Assembly: GCF_006345805.1 (NCBI RefSeq)
Contig: NC_042998.1
Span: 184,698,001 to 184,762,000 of the forward strand
From: Octopus sinensis
Lineage: Eukaryota
Length of the DNA stretch: 64,000 nucleotides
Direction: 5' to 3'
In this document: positions 26,173 through 37,465 of the stretch, piece after piece
Numbering within the stretch: the first letter of the stretch is position 1
Layout: each line of letters starts with the position of its first letter
Made by a program: the position numbers and the translations under genes
The notes under the pieces: generated by a model
Seen by the model: the letters and a program-made list of their open reading frames with translations, nothing else
Told to the model about the DNA's origin: nothing
Database searches by the model: none

Positions 26173-27811
26173 TAATCTTTTTATTGCCCGCCAAGGGGAG
26201 AACACAGAGGGGACAATACATCATAAGTGGGGACACAAAACAAGGAAAAAAATAGGACAACATATGAAAAACATGAAATGAGGAATGAAATGAAAAAATG
26301 TAATGCAGCTACTCGGCCCCACTCCGAGTACCTTCATTTATACTTTTCTTCCTTTTTTAAACCTCATTCCTTCCACTATATCCACCTTGCACTCCTTTAT
26401 AAGTTCCATATATTCCATACTATCCGGCAACCTATTTATAGGTTGCAACAAATGAACCCGCATTTAAACCTTTCTATTTTTGCAAGTAAGCATATATGCT
26501 CCCACTTCATATTATCTTCATCCGCTTTAACAAACACTATGTCTTTCCACTTCATTATTTCTCAGTTCATTATTTGAGTCGTCTAACATGCACACAAAGC
26601 AAATTTTTCCTTTAGCCGAGGAAGTTTGGTGGTTCTTGTCTGCTAGTCTTTTCTTGTTTGTTTTTGCGTCGGAGGGGAGAGGGTAGGTTTGGTGTCTGTG
26701 GGGTTCGGGTGGAGCTGAGAAGGTGTGGGTAGGGTGGGTGCGGGTTGCAGTTGACTTTTGCTTTTGTTCCTACTTTCCACTGTCTTCCACGTCTCGTCAT
26801 TTTCCTTCATTTCTTCTGATGGTAAATCCTCCTCCGCTTTCGCTGTTCCCTGGGTTCCTCCTGGGTTCCCTTGGTCGATGAAGGCAGTCCGCTCTGATGT
26901 GGCCCTTTAGGCCACATTTAAAGCATCGAGGGATTATGCCCTCCACCCTGATTCTCAGCACAGTGTCCTCTACTGAGACAGTTTCTATCATGTTTTCCAA
27001 GTTTTCTTGTGATCCCTGAATGATCATATTTAACGTTTGTCCTCTCCAATTTGTATTCTTAGTTATAGTTACATGGAGGACTGCTATTTCATCCTGGTTA
27101 CTGAGAAGTACAGCAGCCGCCACCCAGGCCACATCAATTTCGGGTGGATTCCCCTCTACCCTAACACCGGAAGCTCGTCTTCCAAGGTATGTGGGTAGAA
27201 GTACCACACTCAGTTTTTAAAGGAGTTGCCGAGTACTGATGTGCCTGAGCTACCTCTCTGAGGCGAACCTCCACTGTACCAAATTTACTTCCCCTGGCAA
27301 GATATTACATATCTTGCCAGATTGGTTTCAAGGCCTTCTCTATTTTATCTGTTGGCATAATTTCAATTTTCTTCGCTTCTGTAGAATAAACTTTGTAAAT
27401 AATTGTCTTTTCGTTCTTAACTTTCATGACTCCTTGAGGAAGGGACAACTTTACATCGCCACCTTCTCTATTTAACATCTTTTATAAACTCTTTAACTTG
27501 GTTAACTCCACATCTTTATTCTGTACTTCCGCAACTTTTGCAAAACGTTTCTTCTCTTCCATTTTCTTGTCCATTTCTTTAATACATTATACAAGTTCAT
27601 CTTCCGAGGAAGACAGCCCCGAAGAGCTGCAATGCTTGTACATCATTTAAACAAGCTGCTACAAAGCAGCAAAAACAGTTCACAAAAGTGTTCAAACGAA
27701 CACTAACCCAAAATTACAACATAAAATTTCAGCACAAAAATTCAACACGTCTTAACACTATGAAAAATATCAGTTGGATAACTTACTAGCAACCTGAGGT
27801 GGCGCCGGCGA
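26173..27811 (-). mobile_element. non-LTR retroelement with ORF1 only (HAL1-like), SINE-like 3' tail with AATAAA
   Basis: ORF1 relic is followed after ~400 bp by ...TTGTCCCCTCTGTGTTCTCCCCTTGGCGGGCAATAAAAAG. No endonuclease or RT motifs seen. Confidence 0.6.
26612..27640 (-). pseudogene. LINE ORF1/gag-like nucleic-acid-binding protein, disrupted; CCHC knuckle at 26884-26925
   Basis: RVEGIIPRCFKCGLKGHIRADC is C-x2-C-x4-H-x4-C. Upstream frames give RGSKFGTVEVRL and PTYLGRRASGVRVEG (RRM-like), and a downstream basic/Pro-rich tail follows after a frameshift. Confidence 0.75.
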
Positions 27812-28337
27812 CCTCTCAACGATTAGCCAGATATGATTTTTAAAATGAGAATATCTGAAATAAACTCGACTGTTCTCACAAACGAGCATACTAAAAATGA
27901 GCCCGACTGCTCTCAAAAATAATAAAATACAAAACAGGAAAAAATAATTCAGAAACATCGTGCCGCACCGGATCGATCCCAAAATCTGATCAGTTCGTGC
28001 CAGTCATGCGGCCAAACATCTCTGAAAGTTTCATCCAAATCCATCCAGAGGTTCTTGAGATATCTTATCTACAGACAAACAAACACGCAAAGGTGGAGGT
28101 AAAAAAATTTTCGACAGAGAAAAATTGATACTATTTAGTAGAACCGTCAAAAACACCGGTCAAAAGTATCTTGTGCTTATGACTCTATGTCTTGAGTTCA
28201 AATCCCACCGAGATTAGCTTTATCTTTTATTCTTTCGTGACTGATAAGATAAAGTGTTGGAGTCGAAATATTCTAATATTCCCCACCACTCCATGTTTCT
28301 GGTCTTGTGTCTGCCTTGTGAAAGCCCTGTGAGTGGA

Positions 28338-28369
<32 letters not shown>

Positions 28370-28890
28370 CGTGTGCACGTGTGTATCTGTGTTCGCACAC
28401 CACCATATACTTGCCTATCTTAGAAACAATAATTACAAAGCGATAAATTGACAGAGTTGATAAAGCGCCGGACAAATGCCTTTACACTTTGATTTCAAAT
28501 TAGACCTTGCTTCTGATCCCATCGGGTTCGACGAAATAAATACTTGTAAATATTGGGATCGATGATGTCAGTAAATCCCTCTCCTTAAAATTTCTAGTCT
28601 TATGCCTAAATCTGGAACAAACATTATTTCCAATTATTTAACCTCGGCTCTTCTTTTCTCTAAGCAAGTTCAACGATCAAAGACATTCCGGTTGTAACCA
28701 TTCCATTTAATTATCATCCCATGTGACCGTCAAGATGTTAAGTTGCGATTCGAGAGTGATTCAGCTGCCATTTCTAGCAAATCGAACGTTCAGAAAGACA
28801 GTCTGCTTGATCTGGGTTGACCTGGTGAAGGGGCACACAATACAACGGCGACAGCAAAAATTATTTGCGTGGGTGTATAAGTATGTATAA

Positions 28891-29311
28891 GGAGTGGCTG
28901 TGTGGTAAGTAGCTTGCTTACCAACCACACAGTTCCGGGTTCAGTCCCACTGCGTGGCACCTTGGGCAAGTGTCTTCTACTATAGCCTCGGGCCGACCAG
29001 AGCCTTGTGAGTGGATTTGGTAGACGGAAACTGAAAGAAGCCCGTCGTATATATATATATATATATATCTATATATATGTGTGTGTGTGTGTTTGTGTTT
29101 GTCTCCCCAACATCGCTTGACAACCGATGCTGGTGTGTTTATGTCCGCGTTACTTAGCGGTTCGGCAAAAGAGACCGATAGGATAAGTACTAGGCTTACA
29201 AAGAATAAGTCCTGGGGTCGATTTGCTCGACTAAAAAGGCGGTGCTCCAGCATGGCCGCAGTCAAATGACTGAAACAAGTAAAAGAGAAATAAAAGAGAA
29301 ATAAAAGAGAA
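28891..29311 (+). mobile_element. SINE family A, full length, with internal microsatellite and (AAAGAGAAAT)n tail
   Basis: tRNA-like head TGGCTGTGTGGTAAG..GGTTCAGTCCC. Near-identical to 35411, 37064, 44741, 56293 and 63230. Confidence 0.9.
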
Positions 29312-29313
29312 AT

Positions 29314-29348
<35 letters not shown>

Positions 29349-29595
29349 ACATTAAATTAGGGTAAAAATTGATATTTATCAATTAGAACCAGTGGTCTAG
29401 CATAATAAAGAAAGAATCCGAAGATTAAAATATTTATATATACCAATTAAGGACTGAACACGAAAAAGTGGACAGTCAACATGCTAGATATAGACGTCAA
29501 ATCGCCATTCTCCACAAAAAGTCTATGTTCTCAGATCAAACTCAACACAAAACCAAAACAATAAACAAGTGAAAAATATACGAATAAATATTTAC

Positions 29596-29661
29596 CCATG
29601 TACTAAATTCAGTTTCGGCTGTTATTTTCCGCAAGGAAAAGTGCAGCCATCATCAGCATGG
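29596..29661 (-). ncRNA. type I hammerhead ribozyme (minus-strand twin)
   Basis: Reverse complement of 30204-30269. Confidence 0.85.
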
Positions 29662-30203
29662 TCCCATATAAAATGTAATTTGCTGTACTAAATGCCAACA
29701 CGATACCGAATATCGCGTGCATGGAGTACGGCCTATTACATTTGAATATATATTTCAAATGTCTCTAATTTTGGCGCGATGAGACCCGAGAAAACTAGCC
29801 TGCAGCTAATAGTTAGCAGCAGTTAATTTATCGGTTAGAGAACAAATATTTATATAACATTAAATTTAGGGTAAAAATTGATATTTATCAATTAGAACCA
29901 GTCCTTAATTGGTATATATAAATATTTTAATCTTCGGATTCTTTCTTTAATATGCTAGACCACTGGTTCTAATTGATAAATATCAATTTTTACCCTAAAT
30001 TTAATGTTATATAAATATTTGTTCTCTAACCGATAAATTAACTGCTGCTAACTATTAACTGCAGGCTAGTTTTCTCGGGTCTCATCGCGCCAAAATTAGA
30101 GACATTTGAAATATATATTTCAATGTAATAGGCCGTACTCCATGCACGCGATATTTCGGTATCGTGTTGGCATTTAGTACAGCAAATTACATTTTATATG
30201 GGA

Positions 30204-30269
30204 CCATGCTGATGATGGCTGCACTTTTCCTTGCGGAAAATAACAGCCGAAACTGAATTTAGTACATGG
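30204..30269 (+). ncRNA. type I hammerhead ribozyme
   Basis: CCATG-CTGATGA-T-GGCTG(..TTTTCC TTGC GGAAAA..)CAGCC-GAAA-CT(GAATTT)AG-TA-CATGG. All core nucleotides and three helices present; predicted cleavage after A30264. Confidence 0.85.
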
Positions 30270-30949
30270 GTAAATATTTATTTCGTATATTTTTCACTTG
30301 TTTATTGTTTTGGTTTTGTGTTGAGTTTGATCTGAGAACATAGACTTTTTGTGGAGAATGGCGATTTGACGTCTATATCTAGCATGTTGACTGTCCACTT
30401 TTTCGTGTTCAGTCCTTAATTGGTATATATATATATAATATATATATATATATTCCTTTTATGGTTGTGGTTTTTGTTGGTGGTGTTGCTGTTGCTTAGT
30501 CACAGATCAACCCTAAGTGCGTAGACCTATTCCGGCTGTAACTATATCGCTTTCTTCTTCCCTACTCCTAACTAAAGGTGATTCAGGAACAGGTTACCAA
30601 TTTTCTTTTCTTTCAAAATGTTACGATATAATTTTTAATAGATTAGGTAACTATTTCTAGTAAGTCATGGGGATCACATCGTTGGGGGTCACCTCGTTGG
30701 CTTGTTTATTTATATATTGTATTTTGGAGAGAGTACTTTGAGTTGAATATATGTCCTCCATCTCCGCAATATATTACTGGTACTTAACATATATACCATA
30801 TAACATAGATACCATCAGACGATTAAGAGCTAGCATTAGCTTCATCTTCAGCGAGAATTCAATAAAGATTAATAAAGCCGTGAACACTTTTACTGTCAAA
30901 AACTTACGGGAAATGAGTGTTTATGTATTTATTATTCGTATGTCTTAAG

Positions 30950-31350
30950 ATGGTGAGTTAGCAGTATCGTTAGCACACCAGGTAAAATGCTTAGCGGCAT
31001 TTCGCCCGTCTTTGTTCTGTGTTCAAATTCCGCCGAGCTCGACTCTGACTTTCATCTTTTCGGGGTCGATAAAATAAGTATCAGTTGAACACTGGGGTCG
31101 ATGTAATCGATTTATCCCTTCCACAGAAATTGTTGACCTTGTGCCAAAATTTGAAACCATTATTGGGATGTATTAAGATAGCGAGCTGGTAGCATCTTTA
31201 GAACACGAACAAAATGCTTTGTAGCGTTTCTTCCGGTTTTATGTTCTAGGTTCAAATACCGCCTATGTCAACATTGTGTTTCATCCCTTACGGGGTCGAT
31301 AAATCTAGTACCAGTTGAACACTGGGGTCAATTATATCAACATCACCACC
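30950..31350 (+). mobile_element. two SINE family C copies in tandem
   Basis: GTGAGTTAGCAG..GTTCAAATTCC..GGGGTCGATAAAATAAGTA, present twice. Confidence 0.7.
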
Positions 31351-32150
31351 ATCACAAAAAAAAAAAAAAAAAAATCTATCCTTGTCCATGTATTTGAAGA
31401 TGTTGATTTTAATTTCGGGCTCAGTCCCTTATGGGGTCGAACTATGAGCAAACCAATTCCTGTCATGACCATCTTTGTTTCTTCATTATATCGTATCTCT
31501 TCTATTTTCTTTTAAAAATTATAGTGTCTAATATTGGTTAATATTTCTAGTAGATGTAGCGACCGTAAAGACGACTTCATTCGCGCAATGTAATAATTAG
31601 TTGTAACTTTGTACAGGCGCTTCCCTCCATCGCAGAGTCAGCCGTTTAACACCTACAATGGGCGCACATATGTATACGCACACACGCACTCACACACTGT
31701 CATGCAAAGCACACTCACACACACACTCACACGTACACAATTCCATTCACATATACACGACAAAAAGCTAACCTCTTACTATATTATTGGAAGTAGGAGG
31801 GACTTAAAAAAAACATCCCCCATTTTAATCAGACTGACTGTTGTGTATAAAGAAAGCAGTTGTGAAAGCAGAATGAACATCAGTGAATGTGTGTCTGCAT
31901 TATAAGTCTCTGTATCGCTTTTAATATGTATATGGAAGTGCATTAGTAGGGCTCATGTATGTGCGTGCGTATGCATGTGTATATATGTGTGTATGTGTAT
32001 ATACATACACATACATGTATGTATGTATGTATGTATGTATGTATGTATGTATATGTTTGTATACTCACATATGATGACGTGTATGTGTGAGTGCATGTAT
32101 ATACGTGTTAATATGTGTGTGTGCATGTGTGTTATACACACACATATACA

Positions 32151-32630
32151 GACGTGGCTGCGTGGTAAGAAGTTTGCTTCCCAACCACATGCTTCTGGGT
32201 TCAATCCCACAGCGTGGCCTCTTGAGTAAATGCCTTCTACTATAGCCTCGTGCAGACCAAAAGCCTTGTGAACGGATATATTCATATGTGTGTGTGTGTA
32301 TACATGTGTGCTTGTGTATACATGTGTGTGTGTGTGCGTATGTGAGCGTGTGTGTGTCTGTAAGCGTGTGCGTGTGTCCATGCGCATGTGTGTGTGTGTG
32401 TGGTGTGTGTGCGTGCGTGCATGTGTTTGTGCCTGTGTTTGCACACCACCACCATTTAGCAAGCGGTGTTGGTGTGTTTACGCTCCTGTAACTTAGCGGT
32501 AAATGTAGCCGATTAAATAAGTACCAGGCTTATGAAAGTTTAGTATTTGGGTCGATTCGTGCGTCTAAAAATTCTTCAACGCGGTACTCCAGCATGGTCG
32601 CAATCTAATGACTGAAACAAGTAAAAGATA
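32151..32630 (+). mobile_element. SINE family A with expanded GT-rich interior
   Basis: Head GTGGCTGCGTGGTAAG, tail AATGACTGAAACAAGTAAAAGA. Confidence 0.8.
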
Positions 32631-32918
32631 CACACCCACCCACACCCACCCACATGATAGTAGTATTGTCACAGGATGGTGTGCCGATCACATGAAGGTC
32701 GATAAAATATCAGTTCTTGGAATAGATCGCAGCGATGATGTTGGCTGCTAATCGTCTGCAGAGAAATGTACCATCTGCGCATCTATTCCTGAAACAGGTG
32801 TAAAGGCTATCTGCATACCTCCTTCATTTCTCTTTCTTTTCATTCAATCATGGATTCTTCCAGTGATGATCAGCTTTTAGCTAACAACAATGATTTAGGC
32901 TTACCGAGAGAATGCTAG

Positions 32919-33169
32919 CATTCTGAACACTCCTTGTGAACGGATATATTCATATGTGTGTGTGTGTGTATACATGTGTGCTTGTGTATACATGTGTGTG
33001 TGTGTGCGTATGTGAGCGTGTGTGTGTCTGTAAGCGTGTGCGTGTGTCCATGCGCATGTGTGTGTGTGTGTGCGTGCGTGCAAGTGTCTGTGCCTGTGTT
33101 TGCACACCACCACCATTTAGCAAGCGGTGTTGGTGTGTTTACGCCCCTGTAACCATTCTGAACACTCCT
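32919..33169 (+). repeat. local templated copy of 32267-32492 flanked by a 16-bp direct repeat
   Basis: CATTCTGAACACTCCT at 32919-32934 and 33154-33169. Confidence 0.85.
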
Positions 33170-33506
33170 CAGCTGATCTTTTACTCACTTCTTTCCATTT
33201 ATATACTCCTGTGACAATTCTATTCCCATGTTTACGTGCATAAATGTCACAATCTGACCTGATACCAGTTGTTTGCTTGATTATAAGCTTATATTATATA
33301 CAGATATATAAAGAGAGAGAAAGAACGAGAAAGAGAGAGAGAGAGAGCAGCGTTTGAACCTCTCAAAAATTTCACATAAGAGATACGTAAAATAACTTTT
33401 CATATATCTATATTTATATATGCGTGTGTGTATATATATATATATATTTATATATGCGCGTGTGTGTATATATATGTGTGTGTGTGTCTGTGTGTGTGCA
33501 TGTGAA

Positions 33507-33834
33507 GGCGCATGGCTCAGTGGTTAGAACGTCGAGCTTACAATCGTGAGATTGTGAGTTCGATTCCCGGACCGGGCTGCGTGATGTGTTCTTGAGCAAG
33601 ACACTTTATTTCACGTTGCTTCAGTTCACTCATCTGTAGAAATGAGTTGCGACATCACCGGTGCTAAGTTGTATCGGCCTTTGCCTTTCCTTTGGTGTGG
33701 AGATGAGAGGCTGATATGCATAGGCGACTGCTGGCCTTCCACAAACAACCTTGCCTGGACTTGTGCCTCGGCGGGTAACTTTCTAGTTGCAATCCCATGG
33801 TAATTCATGATCGAAGGGGGTGGGGTCTCCTCTC

Positions 33835-33835
<1 letters not shown>
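33507..33835 (+). mobile_element. tRNA-headed SINE (family D)
   Basis: GGCGCATGGCTCAGTGGTTAG A box and GAGTTCGATTCCC B box, followed by a non-tRNA body. Confidence 0.8.
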
Positions 33836-33868
<33 letters not shown>

Positions 33869-33898
33869 TTGAATATTTATTATTATTATTATTATCAT

Positions 33899-33934
<36 letters not shown>

Positions 33935-33973
33935 CACATACATGTACATACATGCACACACTCACAAACACAC

Positions 33974-34022
<49 letters not shown>

Positions 34023-34083
34023 ATATACACATACATACATACATATATATATGCATATATATACATATATGCATACATACATA

Positions 34084-34144
<61 letters not shown>

Positions 34145-34800
34145 GCATATATATATGTGTGTGTGTGTATACATTTATATATGAAAATGCATGTACTCAC
34201 ACACACGTACACACACCTGCACACACATACAGATACAAACATGCATGAATAGATTTACACATATGTATATCTATACATGGGCTCCCTCCTCTTGTCTTTC
34301 TTCGCCCTGGTTAGTTTCTCTTTACTACCAACCCCCACAAAAAACTCCCGTACAACACATACTTGGGACACTACTAACATATCTGGATCACTGTTGTTGT
34401 TACAGGCTCACACACACACACACATACACACATACACGCCCCTCCACATACAGACGTAGCACCCGTGCACACACGCACAACACACACACTCACACGCGCG
34501 CACACACACTCACACGCGCGCGCACACACACACACACAATGTGATTCAAATCATTTGTTAAAGAGGTTCAACGTTATAACTTTTGACACACATATGTACT
34601 GTGCTAGTCTGTTTGTTCTACATCTACTAACATCTACCAGCTTCGCCCCCCCCTCGTTTCGCACCGTACACTATATTTTCCTCTCGTCAGTTCTCATTAA
34701 ACTTTTTGCCCATCGAATTCTCACAGCTTCACTTTGTATTAACTCCATGTTTTGTCAACAAGCGCTTTGTTTTTCTCCCTGGAAGATCCTACAAAATATA

Positions 34801-35029
34801 TATTTCTTTACTACCCACAAGGGGCTAAACATAGAGGGGACAAACAAGGACAGACAAAGGGATTAAGTCGATTACATCGACCCCAGTGCGAAACTGGTAC
34901 TTTATTTATCGACCCCGAAAGGATGAAAGACAAAGTCAACCTCGGTGGAATTCGAACTCAGAACGTAACAACCTACGAAATACGGCTACGCATTTCGCCC
35001 TGCGCGCTAACGTGTCTGCCAGCTCGCCG
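34801..35029 (-). mobile_element. SINE family B, full length
   Basis: 13-bp TSD CCTACAAAATATA (34788-34800 and 35030-35042). Confidence 0.9.
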
Positions 35030-35410
35030 CCTACAAAATATACGTTCTTCCCCCATGCTGGTGGTGGTGTGATATATTGTTATGGTTGTTGTACGAAGTC
35101 ATGAGGGCTTTTTTTTTTTTTACAGCAGGTTTAAAGCAGAATCGAACTGACTTTTTTCGAGTAGCGTTACACATCATCAAGGTTTTTCTCCCTTCGCGCT
35201 CGTAAGCTACCTAGCTTATAGTAACTTAGAACAACTTATGTCACTAGCACAGTTATCAGTCATACCCCCTCCCCATTACCAACGTCCCCGCTAACGACAA
35301 CAACAACAACAACAACAACCATCACATCTATGCAGTCGCTCAAGCTGCAGAAATAGTAGCGATATCTCCCTCAAATCACACCCTGTCAGAAAATATGTAT
35401 TAGACAACGT

Positions 35411-35814
35411 ACTCTTTTACTCTTTTACTTGTTTCAGTCATTTGACTGCGGCCATGCTGGAGCACCGCCTTCAATCGAGCAACTCGACCCCGGGACTTAT
35501 TCTTTTGTAAGCCCAGTACTTATTCTATCGGTCTCTTTTGCCGAACCGCTAAGTAACGGGGACATAAACACACCAGCATCGGTTGTCAAGCAATGCTAGG
35601 GGGACAAACACAGATACACACATATATATATATATATATATATACATATATACGACGGGCTTCTTTCAGTTTCCGTCTACCAAATCCACTCACAAGGCTT
35701 TGGTCGGCCCGAGGCTATAGTAGAAGACACTTGCCCAAGGTGCCACGCAGTGGGACTGAACCCAGAACCATGTGGTTGGTAAACAAGCTACTTACCACAC
35801 AGCCACTCCTGCGC
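35411..35814 (-). mobile_element. SINE family A, full length
   Basis: Reverse complement of 28891-29290. Confidence 0.9.
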
Positions 35815-36312
35815 TTAGTATATACAAAAAGATGCGATGGCTCGAATTAGAATGTTTTTGATTATAAATCTGCTCGGTCACGTTTAGCCTCCGTCTAAAC
35901 ACCAACAACAGTAACGCATTGTTGGTCGCTAGAAATAGCAGCCAAATTTCTCTTCAAACTTCTTTAATAAAAAAACAAACAAACAAACAAACAGAAACGT
36001 TACGAAGACTACAAATCAATAACAACATTATTAGATACACAGTGCTCGAGTAAAAGACGTGATGGTCATAGCTGGAACATCCTTGATCACTGTACCGTTC
36101 AGTCAGTTGTAACCTCGGGCTAAAACAACATCACCCACACAACCAATTCCGTCAACACCACCGCCACCACCACCACCACCACCGCCACCAACGCCACCAA
36201 CGCCATCGCAACCATTCATATCAACCGGTATTCATTAAGCTGCGGCGAAGCCGTGAAACGCCTGCTGTTAAACGTAGGCGTGGCTGACGCTGTAATGGGA
36301 AGTGATATTTCT

Positions 36313-36346
<34 letters not shown>

Positions 36347-36914
36347 CTCTGCAAGAAAAGACTGAAAATGGCTATATTTTTTATTGCTCACTATTGTCTA
36401 TCGTCTATCGTAGTCTACTTTTGTTTGGTGTTGTTTATTATTGTATATCATATTACATTATTGTGTATTATTCTGTCCTATTGTTTATCATTGTATATTA
36501 TTATGATTCATTATTATTTTCTATTGTTTACTATTTCTATGTTATATTGGCCCACACATATATTGGTGCCTTAGAAGTTAGACCTATTCTTGGGTATATT
36601 GAACCGCTGGTTCCAAAAATAGTATCAGCTCTTATTAATTTAATGATCTGTTATTTGATACCATAAGAACAACCATATTAATGCAATTAATTGTTTTATA
36701 TGGTATTAAAACAGCTATATATTACTAAAGTAGTTTATTTCAGCATGAAAGCTTACAGTAAATCTATAGTAATTGTAACTCAAAAATAAAACATAAAACG
36801 ATCAGGCATTCCACACATAAGAAACTTTTTTCATAGGACCTTCAAGAGTGCGATTAACCAGGACAAACCCGCTGAAGCTTCGAGCAAGAATTAATTTTTT
36901 TTTGTTTCTAATTT

Positions 36915-37060
36915 TGGCACAAGGTTATAAATTTTAGGGGAAGGGGGTTAGTGGAGCACATCGACCCCAGTACTTAACTCGTACTTTATTTTATCGACCA
37001 CCAAAAGACTGAGACGTAAAGTCGACTTTGGCGGGGTTTGAACTCAGAAAGTAAAGAAAC
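36915..37060 (-). mobile_element. SINE family C
   Basis: TTTTGGCACAAGG tail, TCGACCCCAGTAC and GTCGACTTTGGCGG blocks. Confidence 0.65.
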
Positions 37061-37063
37061 GCA

Positions 37064-37239
37064 GGCGCGGGAGTGGCTGTGTGGTAAGTAGCTTGCTTAC
37101 CAACAACATGGTTCCGGGTTCATTCCCACTGCGTGACACTTTGGGCAAGTGTCTTCTACTAAAGCCTCGGGTCGACCAATGCCTTGTGAGTGGATTTAGT
37201 AGACGGAAACTGAAAGAAGCCCGTCGTATATATGTATGT

Positions 37240-37286
<47 letters not shown>

Positions 37287-37465
37287 TATGTGGTGTGTAT
37301 GTGTTTGTGTGTCTGTATTTGTCCCCCCAATATCGTTTGACAACCGATGCTGGTGTGTTTACGTCCCAGTAACTTAGCGGTTCGGCAAAAGAGACCGATA
37401 GAATAAGTACTAGGCTTACAAAGAATAAGTCCTGGGGTCGAAACAAGCAAAAGAGATAAAAGAGA
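37064..37465 (+). mobile_element. SINE family A, 3' partly deleted
   Basis: Matches the other family A copies. Confidence 0.85.

Larger units (their letters stand above)
26121..28105 (+). mobile_element. Helentron/HINE-like non-autonomous element (26121-26172 plus 27812-28105) split by a 1.64-kb insert
   Basis: 5' AAAACAAGAGCACTCAGAGAGCGCAAACCTCTGCC, 3' AAAGTTTCATCCAAATCCATCC...GACAAACAAAC...GGTGGAGGTA. The subterminal ACCTCTGCC and GGTGGAGGT are imperfect inverted repeats. Continuity of the two halves rests on recalled consensus. Confidence 0.55.
29349..30430. mobile_element. ~510-bp hammerhead-bearing unit in tandem-plus-inverted arrangement, TA-flanked (Penelope pLTR- or retrozyme-like)
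   Basis: Block X (ACATTAAATTAGGGTAAAAATTG...) repeats directly at 29349 and 29857. Region 29437-29902 is mirrored at ~29960-30428. Confidence 0.8.

Noticed and set aside
33507-33580. tRNA-like sequences with A and B boxes (here and at other SINE heads)
   Set aside because: They continue into SINE bodies and lack a complete cloverleaf, so they are not tRNA genes.
36087-36290. His-rich frame ending KRRRG
   Set aside because: No start codon, built on a (CAC)n tract, and no convincing splice sites.
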